From: an uncultured Actinomycetota bacterium
GTDB taxonomy: Bacteria; Actinomycetota; Actinomycetes; Streptosporangiales; Streptosporangiaceae
Length of the DNA: 64,000 bases
Assembly (NCBI GenBank): GCA_963767215.1
Contig: CAVYDE010000008.1
Location: 298,767-362,766, forward strand
Reading direction: 5' to 3'
Made by a program: the position numbers and the translations under genes. Every line of letters begins with the position of its first letter. The first letter of the stretch is position 1. The notes under the pieces are model-generated. The model was given only the letters and a program-made list of their open reading frames with translations, made no database searches and was not told the DNA's origin. Positions 27,888-36,303 of the stretch are shown one piece after another.

Positions 27888-28105
27888 TCAGGCCGCGGCC
27901 GGCTCGCGGGCCCCGGCAACGGACGGCGGAGCTACCGATCCTGTCCACTCCTCATTCACGTTGTCGTGGCCGACCCGGCTGCCACGAGAGCGCAGGTAGA
28001 TAGTCGTGGCGACCGCGATCAGCAGCACGAGATCGACGACGATGCCCGCGTCGCCGCCGATGATGTGGGCGAGGTAGTAGGCGCCCGCACCGGCAGGGGC
28101 ACGAT
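27888..28105 (-). pseudogene. 3'-terminal remnant of a second pit (phosphate transporter) copy
   Basis: Minus-strand translation PAGAGAYYLAHIIGGDAGIVVDLVLLIAVATTIYLRSRGSRVGHDNVNEEWTGSVAPP aligns with the Pit C-terminus GATSYFIANAIGGTLGIMVVLLILIGVSGVIYWRSRGTRVGPQNVNADWTGSVAPA. No upstream coding part remains. Confidence 0.6.
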
Positions 28106-28209
28106 CTAGCCGTAGGACTCACCAACTCCAGCCGCCAACAGTGCTCACCCGCCAGCGGGCTCAGCGACCATCCTCACCGAACCACCCGGCCGAGGACGCT
28201 CGATCGCTA

Positions 28210-28506
28210 TTAGCCGCCCGGCCCGGCAAGCGGCCAGCCGCCGGCGGCGAGCCGTGACCGGACCCTGGAGATATCACTGTCGCGCGGGTGCTCGTTAGTG
28301 ACAGCGTTGATCGCCGCATGGATAGTCGCCGCGTCGTGCTGGTCGCAGCTGTCTGCCAGTTCGTCGGCGATCTCCTTGACCTCCTCGTCGGTGAGGTGCC
28401 TGCCGAGCAGCGCGAACAGCGGGATGTAGTCGACATCAGGTACGCCTTCTGGGTACCCGGCCCTGAGCCAGCCGATGATGTCGGTCAGAAACGATGGCAA
28501 TGGCAT
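28210..28506 (-). CDS. DUF3349 protein (Rv0543c-like), copy A
   Basis: MPLPSFLTDIIGWLRAGYPEGVPDVDYIPLFALLGRHLTDEEV. Confidence 0.8.
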   Translation of the reverse strand: MPLPSFLTDIIGWLRAGYPEGVPDVDYIPLFALLGRHLTDEEVKEIADELADSCDQHDAATIHAAINAVTNEHPRDSDISRVRSRLAAGGWPLAGPGG

Positions 28507-28551
28507 GTGCGGAGATCCTCTCGGGCCCGGCTCCTTCTGCGGCCGGGCCGG

Positions 28552-28809
28552 TTACTTGTGGCCGGTGGCGACGATGATGTAGATGCCGTAGCCGACGGCG
28601 GCCAGCACCACTGCGAAGCACACAGCGGCGATGGCCACCCCGGCCGGGCTTCCGCCGACCACCTCGTCGTCGGACCCGGTGACGTGACCCTTGCCCGGCG
28701 CGCCGAGAACGCGGATGCCGATGGCGAAGATCGCCGGAAGCCCGGCCCCGGCCAGCAGGCCGATGACGACGATCTCCCAGATGGCCCTGAAGTTGATCCA
28801 TGAGTTCAT
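28552..28809 (-). CDS. small two-TM membrane protein (Rv0544c-like), copy A
   Basis: 85-aa ORF with two hydrophobic helices, 32 nt downstream of pit. Confidence 0.65.
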   Translation of the reverse strand: MNSWINFRAIWEIVVIGLLAGAGLPAIFAIGIRVLGAPGKGHVTGSDDEVVGGSPAGVAIAAVCFAVVLAAVGYGIYIIVATGHK

Positions 28810-28841
28810 TGCTCGCCCCCGTTTCTGCCGGGACCTGCTCG

Positions 28842-29996
28842 TCAGGCGGCCCTGCTGGTGACCGCCGGGTCGGCCGGCGCGACCGAGCCCGTCCAGTCGG
28901 CGTTGACGTTCTGCGGGCCGACCCTGGTGCCACGCGAGCGCCAGTAGATGACGCCGGATACGCCAATCAGGATCAGCAGGACGACCATGATCCCGAGCGT
29001 CCCGCCAATCGCGTTCGCGATGAAGTAGCTGGTAGCGCCCATGATTCCGGACGCGGGCAGCGTGATCAGCCAGGCAGTCGCCATCCTGCCCGCTACGTTC
29101 CAGCGCACCTCGGCGCCCCGCTTGCCGAGGCCGCAGCCGAGGATCGATCCGGTAGCCACCTGGGTGGTGGACAGCGAGTAGCCGAAGTGGGTAGACAACA
29201 AGATGATCGCCGCCGATGACGACTCGGCGGCCATGCCCTGCGGCGACTCGATCTCGACCAGGCCCTTACCCAGGGTCCTGATGACCCGCCAGCCGCCCGC
29301 GTAGGTGCCGGCCGCGATCGTGAGCGCGCAGATCACGATGACCCACAACGGCGTGCTCGCCCCGGCGGTCAGCGTGTGGTTGGCGATCAGGGCCAGCGTG
29401 ATGATGCCCATCGTCTTCTGGGCGTCATTGGTGCCGTGCGCCAGCGACACCAGGGATGCCGACCCGATCTGGCCGATGCGGAAGCCGCGATTGCGGCTGC
29501 CCTCGCGCATCGACCTGGCGATCCGGTAGATCAGGTACGTGCCGGTGGCGGCGACGAGCGCGGCGATGAACGGCGACAGGATCGCCGGGATGACTACCTT
29601 GGACACCAGGCCCTGCCACTTCACCGCGTGAGATCCGGCCGCGGCGAGCATGGCGCCGATCACCCCGCCGATCAGCGCGTGCGAGGAACTGGACGGGATG
29701 CCGAACAGCCAGGTGATGAGGTTCCAGACGATGGCGCCGGCCAGGCCGCCGAACACCACGGTCAGCGTCACCAGGCCGGTATCTACCAGGCCGCTGGCGA
29801 TCGTCGCGGCGACGCTCAGCGACAGGAACGCGCCGATCAGATTGAGCACCGCGGACAGGCCGACCGCGACCCTCGGGCCGAGCGCTTTGGTGGCTATGGA
29901 CGTCGCCATGGCGTTGGCCGTGTCGTGGAATCCGTTAGTGAAGTCAAACGACAAGCCGGTGATGATGACCAGCGCGAGGACGATGTCGTTGCTCAC
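28842..29996 (-). CDS. pit: inorganic phosphate transporter, PiT family
   Basis: LSFDFTNGFHDTANAMATSIATKAL and a second GTNDAQKTMGII repeat, the signature PiT motifs. GTG start after AGGAAGGG. Confidence 0.9.
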   Translation of the reverse strand: MSNDIVLALVIITGLSFDFTNGFHDTANAMATSIATKALGPRVAVGLSAVLNLIGAFLSLSVAATIASGLVDTGLVTLTVVFGGLAGAIVWNLITWLFGIPSSSSHALIGGVIGAMLAAAGSHAVKWQGLVSKVVIPAILSPFIAALVAATGTYLIYRIARSMREGSRNRGFRIGQIGSASLVSLAHGTNDAQKTMGIITLALIANHTLTAGASTPLWVIVICALTIAAGTYAGGWRVIRTLGKGLVEIESPQGMAAESSSAAIILLSTHFGYSLSTTQVATGSILGCGLGKRGAEVRWNVAGRMATAWLITLPASGIMGATSYFIANAIGGTLGIMVVLLILIGVSGVIYWRSRGTRVGPQNVNADWTGSVAPADPAVTSRAA

Positions 29997-30184
29997 AAGT
30001 AAGCCCTTCCTGGCGAGGTCCAGGTCTTACTCGCGGAGCCACAGCTGAAGTCCTCTCGCAGCGCCCACCGCGCCGAGCGGCTGGAATCACGGATCGCTAC
30101 GTGAGTGCAACTCTGAGTAACCCCACACAACAGGGATACCCCCGCCGGCAGATAGCCCAACCCCCCGGTAACCGCGAACCAGCG

Positions 30185-30538
30185 TCAGGCCGCCGGGCCA
30201 GGGATACCACGTTCCAGCTGGTTGATGGTGATTTTTTCCAGCCGGAGCACGCGGGTGAGCTCGTCGATGACCTGCCGCCCGTCGATCGCGCCGCAGCTGA
30301 ACAAGTCGATGGCGATGAGGCTTTCTTCGGGCCAGGTGTGGATGCTGAGGTGCGACTCGGCCAGGATCAGCAACAGCGTGATCGCGCCGTTCGGAAAGAT
30401 GACGTGACTGGTGTCCAGCACGTGCCCGGAGCCGGACCGGACGGCGGCGACGGCCAGGTCGGTCAGCACCGCGACCTCGGTCACCGGCGAACCCGGCGTG
30501 CAGGCGGCGTCCACGGCATACAACCGCTTGGCCGACAT
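30185..30538 (-). CDS. speH: S-adenosylmethionine decarboxylase proenzyme, SpeH (pyruvoyl) type
   Basis: Last 117 codons of ORF 30185..31825: MSAKRLYAVDAACTPG...LLILAESHLSIHTWPEESLIAIDLFSCG, with the ES/SH self-cleavage motif. AGGAAG RBS before ATG 30538. Confidence 0.85.
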   Translation of the reverse strand: MSAKRLYAVDAACTPGSPVTEVAVLTDLAVAAVRSGSGHVLDTSHVIFPNGAITLLLILAESHLSIHTWPEESLIAIDLFSCGAIDGRQVIDELTRVLRLEKITINQLERGIPGPAA

Positions 30539-30692
30539 AGCTTCCTGGCGTCGCAGGTCGGTGTAGCTGCTCGCCGCTTCCATGCCCGGCATGATGTGCG
30601 AGGATACCGTACGGCCCGCTGACCAGGCCGGCCGGACCGGCGGACCGCTGCGGGATAACCCGCGGAGCGCGGGGGGCGAGAAGACGCAGCTC

Positions 30693-31961
30693 ATGGACGT
30701 GGACACGGTAGTCGCCGAGGTTGCCGCTGCCGTCGGCCTGGCGGAAGGTGAATCAGGCATCCGCGACATTCTGTCGGCCGTGCTGGACGCTGAGCCGGCC
30801 GCGGTCCGTGAGGTCTCGCGGCTGGCCGAGCTGCCGGTGCCGATCGTCGCGGCCGCCTGCAACGAACTGCGCAAGCGCGGCGTCATCGACACGAAGCGCC
30901 CAGTCCGGTTCACCGAGGCAGGCCGTGCCGCGGTCGCGGCCGCCACCGGCGGAGCGGCGATCCGGCCAGGCTGCACGGCCTGCGGCGGACGCGGCGTGCT
31001 GATCCCGCCGGCCCTGGACGACGTGGCCGCGATCATGCAGCTGGCCGCTGACGGCGCGCCCGCCGCCAAGGCCGAGCTCGACCAGACGCACTGCACCACC
31101 GCGACCAAGCTCAGCCGCGTGCTGCGGATGCAGCAAGCGCACGCGCTAGCTGGGCAGCGGATCCTGCTGCTCGGCGACGACGATCTGATCTCGGTCGCGA
31201 TCGCGCACTTTGCCGCGTGGTCGCAAACGGCAGGAACCGTACGCCGGCTCGCGGTCGCCGACACCGATACTGACGTCCTGGACTGGATCGGGGAGCAGAC
31301 GGCCGGTACCGGCGTGCAGGTCGAGCGGGTGCGCCATGATCTGCGCCAGCCGCTGCCTGAGACGCTGACGGCGAGCTTCGACGTGGTGCTGACCGACCCG
31401 CCGTACACGGTGGCGGGCGCCGAGCTGTTCCTGAGCCGGGCCGTGTCCGCCCTGGCGCCCGAGCCCGGCCGGCATGTCTTCTTCTCCTTCGGCGCGCGCC
31501 GACCGGACGAGACGCTCGCGATCCAGCAGGCGATCGCGGCGATGGGCCTGATGGTGCGGTCGCTGTCGGCCGGATTCAACGAGTACCTCGGGGCCGGCGT
31601 GCTGGCCGGCACCAGCAACCTGTACCACCTGCGCACCACGGAGAACGCGGCGCCGCTGATCGGCGGCGCATATGACGGGCCGCTGTACACCGCCGACAAC
31701 CGCGCCACGGTGACCCGGCCGTACCGGTGCGCCCAGTGCCGGGCCGTGCACGAGGTCGGTCCCGGTGCCCGCTGGCCGCAGATCGCCGTGCTGCAGGCTG
31801 CTGGCTGCCCGGTCTGCGGCGGCACGACGTTCCGGCCGATGCCGCTGGTCCAGCGCCGCGCCGCGGTCAGCGGGCATGCAGGGCATGCCGCCGACGGCGC
31901 GCCTGCGGGCGACGCCGGGCCTGCGGGGGACGGCGCGCGTGCCGGGGACGACGATGGCTGA
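30693..31961 (+). CDS. DUF43/BpsA-family aminopropyltransferase-like protein with C-terminal zinc ribbon
   Basis: RILLLGDDDLISVAI and FDVVLTDPPYTVAGAELFLSRA motifs characteristic of bis-aminopropyl-spermidine synthase. C-terminal CAQC-x24-CPVC. Start set at ATG 30693 to leave a divergent promoter region (ORF opens at 30582). Confidence 0.75.
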   Translation: MDVDTVVAEVAAAVGLAEGESGIRDILSAVLDAEPAAVREVSRLAELPVPIVAAACNELRKRGVIDTKRPVRFTEAGRAAVAAATGGAAIRPGCTACGGRGVLIPPALDDVAAIMQLAADGAPAAKAELDQTHCTTATKLSRVLRMQQAHALAGQRILLLGDDDLISVAIAHFAAWSQTAGTVRRLAVADTDTDVLDWIGEQTAGTGVQVERVRHDLRQPLPETLTASFDVVLTDPPYTVAGAELFLSRAVSALAPEPGRHVFFSFGARRPDETLAIQQAIAAMGLMVRSLSAGFNEYLGAGVLAGTSNLYHLRTTENAAPLIGGAYDGPLYTADNRATVTRPYRCAQCRAVHEVGPGARWPQIAVLQAAGCPVCGGTTFRPMPLVQRRAAVSGHAGHAADGAPAGDAGPAGDGARAGDDDG

Positions 31962-32436
31962 GCCGGCTGGCCGGTACCTCGTCCGCCCGGCCGCAGACGG
32001 CGACGTCGAGGCGATCGTCGGCTACGAGATCGAGATCGCGGTCATCTCGTTCGCCGAGGGTGCGATCACCGATCCCGCGCTGCACCGCAGGCGGGTGACC
32101 GGCGCGATCGGCAAACCTGGTGAGATCACGCTGGTCGCCGTCGCGCGCGACGAGCCGGATACGCCAGTCGGCTGGGCCTGGCTGTCCGCCAGGACCAACT
32201 CGCTGACCGGCGACCGGTACGGCAACTTCCGCTCGCTGGCCGTGTCCGACGTGCCGGACCGCAGCATGGTCGGCGAACTGCTCATGGCAGCCGTGCTGGC
32301 GGCGGCCGACGATGCCGCGATGACGCAACTGACGGGCAAGGTGCACGCGGGCAACCTCGGCATGCGCGCGCTGTACCGGAAGTTCGGCTTCACCGCGACG
32401 CACCTGACCATGGAGCGCAAGGCGGACGCCCCGTGA
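31954..32436 (+). CDS. GNAT family N-acetyltransferase
   Basis: MAEPAGRYLVRPAADGDVEAIVGYE...FRSLAVSD...GNLGMRALYRKFGF. ATG overlaps the upstream stop (ATGGCTGA). Confidence 0.75.
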   Translation: MAEPAGRYLVRPAADGDVEAIVGYEIEIAVISFAEGAITDPALHRRRVTGAIGKPGEITLVAVARDEPDTPVGWAWLSARTNSLTGDRYGNFRSLAVSDVPDRSMVGELLMAAVLAAADDAAMTQLTGKVHAGNLGMRALYRKFGFTATHLTMERKADAP

Positions 32437-33524
32437 CCGCCCTGATCAAATGCGTGGTGTGGGATATCGACAACACGCTGCTGGACGGCGTCTACCTGGA
32501 ATCGACTGCGCAGCCGCCGCCGGCTGACCAGGAGCTGCTCGGCGTCCTGCGCGAACTGGCTGGCCGGGGCATCCTGCACGCGATCGCCAGCCGCAACCCG
32601 CCGCAGGCGGTGCAGTACGTCAGGCAGCTCACTGGCGTCGACTTCGCCGCCGCCGAATGCGGCTGGGGAAGCAAAGCGGAGTCGGTCGGCCGGATCGCGG
32701 CGGAACTGGGCCTGGCGCCGGATTCGATGGCTTTTGTCGATGACGACCTAGCTGAACGCGCCGAGGTCTCGGCCGCCTGGCCGGCCGTGCTGGTGCTGAG
32801 CCCGCAGGACGCGGCGGAGGCAGCGGACTGGCCGCAGTTCAGCCCGGCGGTGGTCACGGCCGAGGCGAGCCGGCGCGGTGCCATGTACGCCGAGCGCCGC
32901 CGCCGGCAGGCCGCGGCGGGCGAGTTCGCCGGCTCGCGCGATGATTTCCTGCGCCAGGCCGGGACGCGGATCACGATCGGCCCGGCGGTGCCCGCGGACG
33001 TGCCCAGGCTGCATGAGCTCACGGTCCGTACGCACCAGCTCAATTCGGCAGGCCAGCCGCGGACCGAGGCGGCGCTTGCCAGCGTGATCGGCTCGGCCGA
33101 TCAGCAACTCGTGACCGTCACCCTGGCCGACGACTACGGCGATGACGGCCTGGTGGGGGGAGCGATCCTGGCCAGGAACGTAGCAGGACCGGCGCCGGTG
33201 CCGTCGTCGGCTTCGTCGCTCTCCGCTGGCGCGCCGCCGGTGCCGATGACCGCTCCGCTGGTGATGATGTCCTGCCGGGCGCTCGGCCGCGGCGCGCTCG
33301 ACGCGCTGCTCGCCTGGCTTTGCCGGCTCGCCGCTGCCGGCGGAGCGGCCGAGCTGCAAGTGCCGTGCCTGGTCACCGAGCGCAACGTGCCCATGCGGCT
33401 GGCACTTGCCGCAGCCGGATTCCGGGCGGCGCCCGACTCGATCGCACCTGACGGCCGTGCGATCTTCGCCAGGTCCCTCACCGGGGAGCTGCCTCCGCTG
33501 GCGGACTGGGTGACCGGCCGATGA
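32433..33524 (+). CDS. HAD-superfamily phosphatase subfamily IIIC / FkbH-like domain protein
   Basis: VVWDIDNTLLDG (DxDxT), ASRNPP, MAFVDDD, then a C-terminal GNAT-like half. GTGA start/stop overlap with the GNAT gene. Confidence 0.7.
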   Translation: MTALIKCVVWDIDNTLLDGVYLESTAQPPPADQELLGVLRELAGRGILHAIASRNPPQAVQYVRQLTGVDFAAAECGWGSKAESVGRIAAELGLAPDSMAFVDDDLAERAEVSAAWPAVLVLSPQDAAEAADWPQFSPAVVTAEASRRGAMYAERRRRQAAAGEFAGSRDDFLRQAGTRITIGPAVPADVPRLHELTVRTHQLNSAGQPRTEAALASVIGSADQQLVTVTLADDYGDDGLVGGAILARNVAGPAPVPSSASSLSAGAPPVPMTAPLVMMSCRALGRGALDALLAWLCRLAAAGGAAELQVPCLVTERNVPMRLALAAAGFRAAPDSIAPDGRAIFARSLTGELPPLADWVTGR

Positions 33525-33796
33525 CGGCACCGGACGCCGGGATCCTCGCCGAGCTGCGGCAGATCCTGGCCGCGGTGACTGGCCGCGACGACCTGCTGGA
33601 TATCCCGGCCGGGACCGCGCTGTTCCGCGAGGGCGCGGGCCTGGACTCGCTGACCGGCACGCTGCTGCTGCGTCAGGTGCAGCGACGGTACGGCGTGGAT
33701 GTAGCCGGCGAAGATCTCAACCTGGACGCGCTCGAAACGCTCGGCACGCTCGCGGCCTTCATTACCTCTCGTCGCGGGCTCACAGGCTCAGGCTGA
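33521..33796 (+). CDS. acyl carrier protein
   Basis: 91 aa with LFREGAGLDSLTGTLLL (DSL phosphopantetheine site). ATGA overlap with the upstream gene. Confidence 0.8.
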   Translation: MTAPDAGILAELRQILAAVTGRDDLLDIPAGTALFREGAGLDSLTGTLLLRQVQRRYGVDVAGEDLNLDALETLGTLAAFITSRRGLTGSG

Positions 33797-34817
33797 CCCG
33801 GCCGTGACCGGCTGCGTGCAGGCTGGTGCCGAGGTTGGCGGAGGCGGCAGTCAGCTCCGTCATCGCCGCGACGGCCTGTTCGCCGCCGACCGGGCGCGGG
33901 TCGTTTCGGGCGTCGCGCCGCACTAGGTGCGCGGTGAGCCCGGTCAGCTTGCCGCCGTCGACGTCAACCAGCACGACCAGGCCGTCCAGGTAACGCCCGC
34001 GCATGCTGGCCCAGTCGAAGACCAGGTTGCCCAGGCTGTACAGGACTGGGCGGCCGCCGTAGACCTCGATTGCCTGCACCGAGTGCGGACCGTGCCCGAG
34101 CACGATGTCGGCGCCGGCGTCGACTGCCGCGTGCGCGATCTGCCGCTGGTAATCCAGCGGTCGCGGTCCTGGCACCCCCCAGTGACACGACAGCACGACG
34201 ACATCGGCGTGCTGGCGCAAGTCGCTCACCGCGGCCTGCATCAGGGTCAGCTGTTCGGCGACCGCGACGGTGACGACCTTCGGCGGCCTGCCGGGAACCT
34301 CGTTCACCCGCGGATCGGGGGTGTAGGAGGTAACCGCCTGCAGTACGCAGACGCCAGGCAGGTCGGCGGTCGCGGCATGCCCGTACGGGAAGGCGATGGA
34401 GGTGTAGGCGACAAAGCCGTACCTGACCTGGTCCCTGACCACGATCAGCGGCTTGCTCGCGGCCGCCAGGTCAGGGCCGGCGCCGCAGTGCCCGATGCCA
34501 GCCCGGTCGAGCACGTCGAGGCTGGCCAGCATCGCGGCGGCCGGATAGGTGACGTTATTGGCGCAGCTAACCCCGTCTATGCCGGCTGCCGTCAGTCCGC
34601 GCACCATGCCAGGCTCGCTGTGAGTCCAGCCCGGCTTGTACAAGATGTCCGGCTGCCGCGGCTCGCCGCTCGTCCCGGCGAGCGGACCTTCAAGGTTCAC
34701 GAACCGGGCATCGGCCTGACAGAGCAGTTCGCCCAGGTGTCGCCAGGCTCCGGCCGGGTCAGGCCGCTGCAAGTTGACGTCGCCGCCGAGAAACAGTCGC
34801 TGCGCCACGTCCTGCAC
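33780..34817 (-). CDS. CapA family (PGA_cap metallophosphatase-like) protein
   Basis: RLFLGGDVNL...ARFVNLEGPL...VVVLSCHWGVP...DIVLGHGPHSVQAIEVYGGRPVLYSLGNLVFD. Start placed at GTG 34817; the longer ORF to 35174 overlaps the antiporter gene. Confidence 0.8.
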   Translation of the reverse strand: MQDVAQRLFLGGDVNLQRPDPAGAWRHLGELLCQADARFVNLEGPLAGTSGEPRQPDILYKPGWTHSEPGMVRGLTAAGIDGVSCANNVTYPAAAMLASLDVLDRAGIGHCGAGPDLAAASKPLIVVRDQVRYGFVAYTSIAFPYGHAATADLPGVCVLQAVTSYTPDPRVNEVPGRPPKVVTVAVAEQLTLMQAAVSDLRQHADVVVLSCHWGVPGPRPLDYQRQIAHAAVDAGADIVLGHGPHSVQAIEVYGGRPVLYSLGNLVFDWASMRGRYLDGLVVLVDVDGGKLTGLTAHLVRRDARNDPRPVGGEQAVAAMTELTAASANLGTSLHAAGHGRVSLSL

Positions 34818-34899
34818 AATAACCGTTGCATCGCCCGAGCCGATCAGAGCACAGGTGTACCTCCGGCCCGCCTGCTGCCCACCACTTCGGCCCGGCGGG

Positions 34900-36303
34900 T
34901 CAGCGCGCCGGCGGCAGTCCGGCGTCGCCGCCGCGGCCGCCCTGCCCGGCACCGCCCTGCCGGGCACCGCCAGGGCCGAATCCGCCAGGGCCGAATCCGC
35001 CCAGGCCGTCGTCGGCACTCCCGAGCTGGTCTTGGTCAACGCCCGGCTCGAGGGCCTGCTGTCCGGGACGATCCGGCTGGCCTGTGTAGTCGTTGTCGCC
35101 GACGGACTGCAGCACCGGGACCGATTCGCCGATGTTCGGCTTCGCGCTGCCCCTGCGGTGCAAGGCAGCGGCAATCGCCGGGTAGAGCAGCACGGAAATT
35201 ACTCCGGCGCCGACCAGCGCGGCCGCGTTCGCGGGCAGCATGACGCCGTCTTGCTGACCGATCGTGGCCAGCGCGATCAGCAGCGGCATCGTGGTGGCGG
35301 TGATGAACGTCATCTCCAGCCGCTGCCGGAACGACAGCAGCCTGACGTAGATGAGCAGCGACGGCAGCCCGCGGACCACAAGCAGCAGGCCGGCGAACAC
35401 CAGCAGCCGCACCGGATCGGCGGCAATGGAGTGAATGTCCAGCCCCATGCCGGATACCACGAAGAACAGCGGGATGAAGATGCCGTAACCGACAGCTTCG
35501 AGCTTGTCCTCCAGCGGCTTGACGTCGACTTCCATCTTGTGCGTCCAGCTGCGCAGCACCATTCCGGCCAGCATCGCGCCGAGCACGACATCGAGGCCGA
35601 ACTTCTCGGCTGCGACCAGCAGGACGAGCAGCAGCACCAGCGACCAGCGCAGCGTGCTCTGCGCGGTAGCTCGCTGGCCTTGTTTGATCACCGCCTTGAG
35701 GCGGCGTTCACCGATGATCCGCGGTGCCGCGGTCAGCAACAGCGCGGCAGCGGCTACCGCGAGCAGTGAGGCGAGGGCCACGAACTGGCTGCGCTTGGTC
35801 AGGAACAGGGAGATGGCGATGATCGGGAACAGTTCGCCGACCGCCCCGGCGGCGAGCACGTACCGGCCGAACTTGCCGCCGAGCATGTCGTTGTCATGCA
35901 GGATCGGGAGCAGCGTGCCGAGCGCCGTCGTGGTCAGTGCGAGTCCGATCGGGACGAAGTCCCGGATGTAGTGGAACGCGGACAAACCGGCCACGGCGCC
36001 GACCGCGAGGGCTGCGCTGACCGCCCAGCCGATCATGGCCACCCGGCCGGATTGCTCGCGGAACAGCCGCGGATCAAGTTCATAGCCGGCCAGCAGGAAC
36101 AGGAAGCCGAGGCCGATGTTCGACAGCAGTTCGAGGCTGCCGGTGTCGGCCAGGCCGAGCACGTGCGGTCCGATCAAGATGCCAGCGAAGATCAGCACGA
36201 CGACTTGCGGGATCTTCGGGCCGGGCAGTACGGCGACGACGGCAGGCGCAAGCGCCGCGACGATCGCGACCGCCAGCAGGCTCTCCAGGCCCTTGGCGTC
36301 CAT
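34900..36303 (-). CDS. cation:proton antiporter (CPA family Na+/H+ or K+/H+ exchanger)
   Basis: IPQVVVLIFAGILIGPHVLGL...SNIGLGFLFLLAGYELD, about 12 TM helices, Gly-rich C-terminal tail. Confidence 0.85.
   Translation of the reverse strand: MDAKGLESLLAVAIVAALAPAVVAVLPGPKIPQVVVLIFAGILIGPHVLGLADTGSLELLSNIGLGFLFLLAGYELDPRLFREQSGRVAMIGWAVSAALAVGAVAGLSAFHYIRDFVPIGLALTTTALGTLLPILHDNDMLGGKFGRYVLAAGAVGELFPIIAISLFLTKRSQFVALASLLAVAAAALLLTAAPRIIGERRLKAVIKQGQRATAQSTLRWSLVLLLVLLVAAEKFGLDVVLGAMLAGMVLRSWTHKMEVDVKPLEDKLEAVGYGIFIPLFFVVSGMGLDIHSIAADPVRLLVFAGLLLVVRGLPSLLIYVRLLSFRQRLEMTFITATTMPLLIALATIGQQDGVMLPANAAALVGAGVISVLLYPAIAAALHRRGSAKPNIGESVPVLQSVGDNDYTGQPDRPGQQALEPGVDQDQLGSADDGLGGFGPGGFGPGGARQGGAGQGGRGGDAGLPPAR

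Noticed and set aside
30539-31825. The upstream 429 codons of the 546-aa minus-strand ORF 30185..31825
   Set aside because: Only its last 117 codons (speH) look like protein. The rest is Ser/Ala/Arg/Pro-rich nonsense antisense to the well-supported BpsA-like gene, a typical shadow ORF in high-GC DNA.
34818-35174. N-terminal extension of the CapA ORF (33780..35174)
   Set aside because: It overlaps the 3' end of the antiporter gene and is Arg/Ala/Pro-rich low complexity. The conserved CapA sequence begins near GTG 34817.
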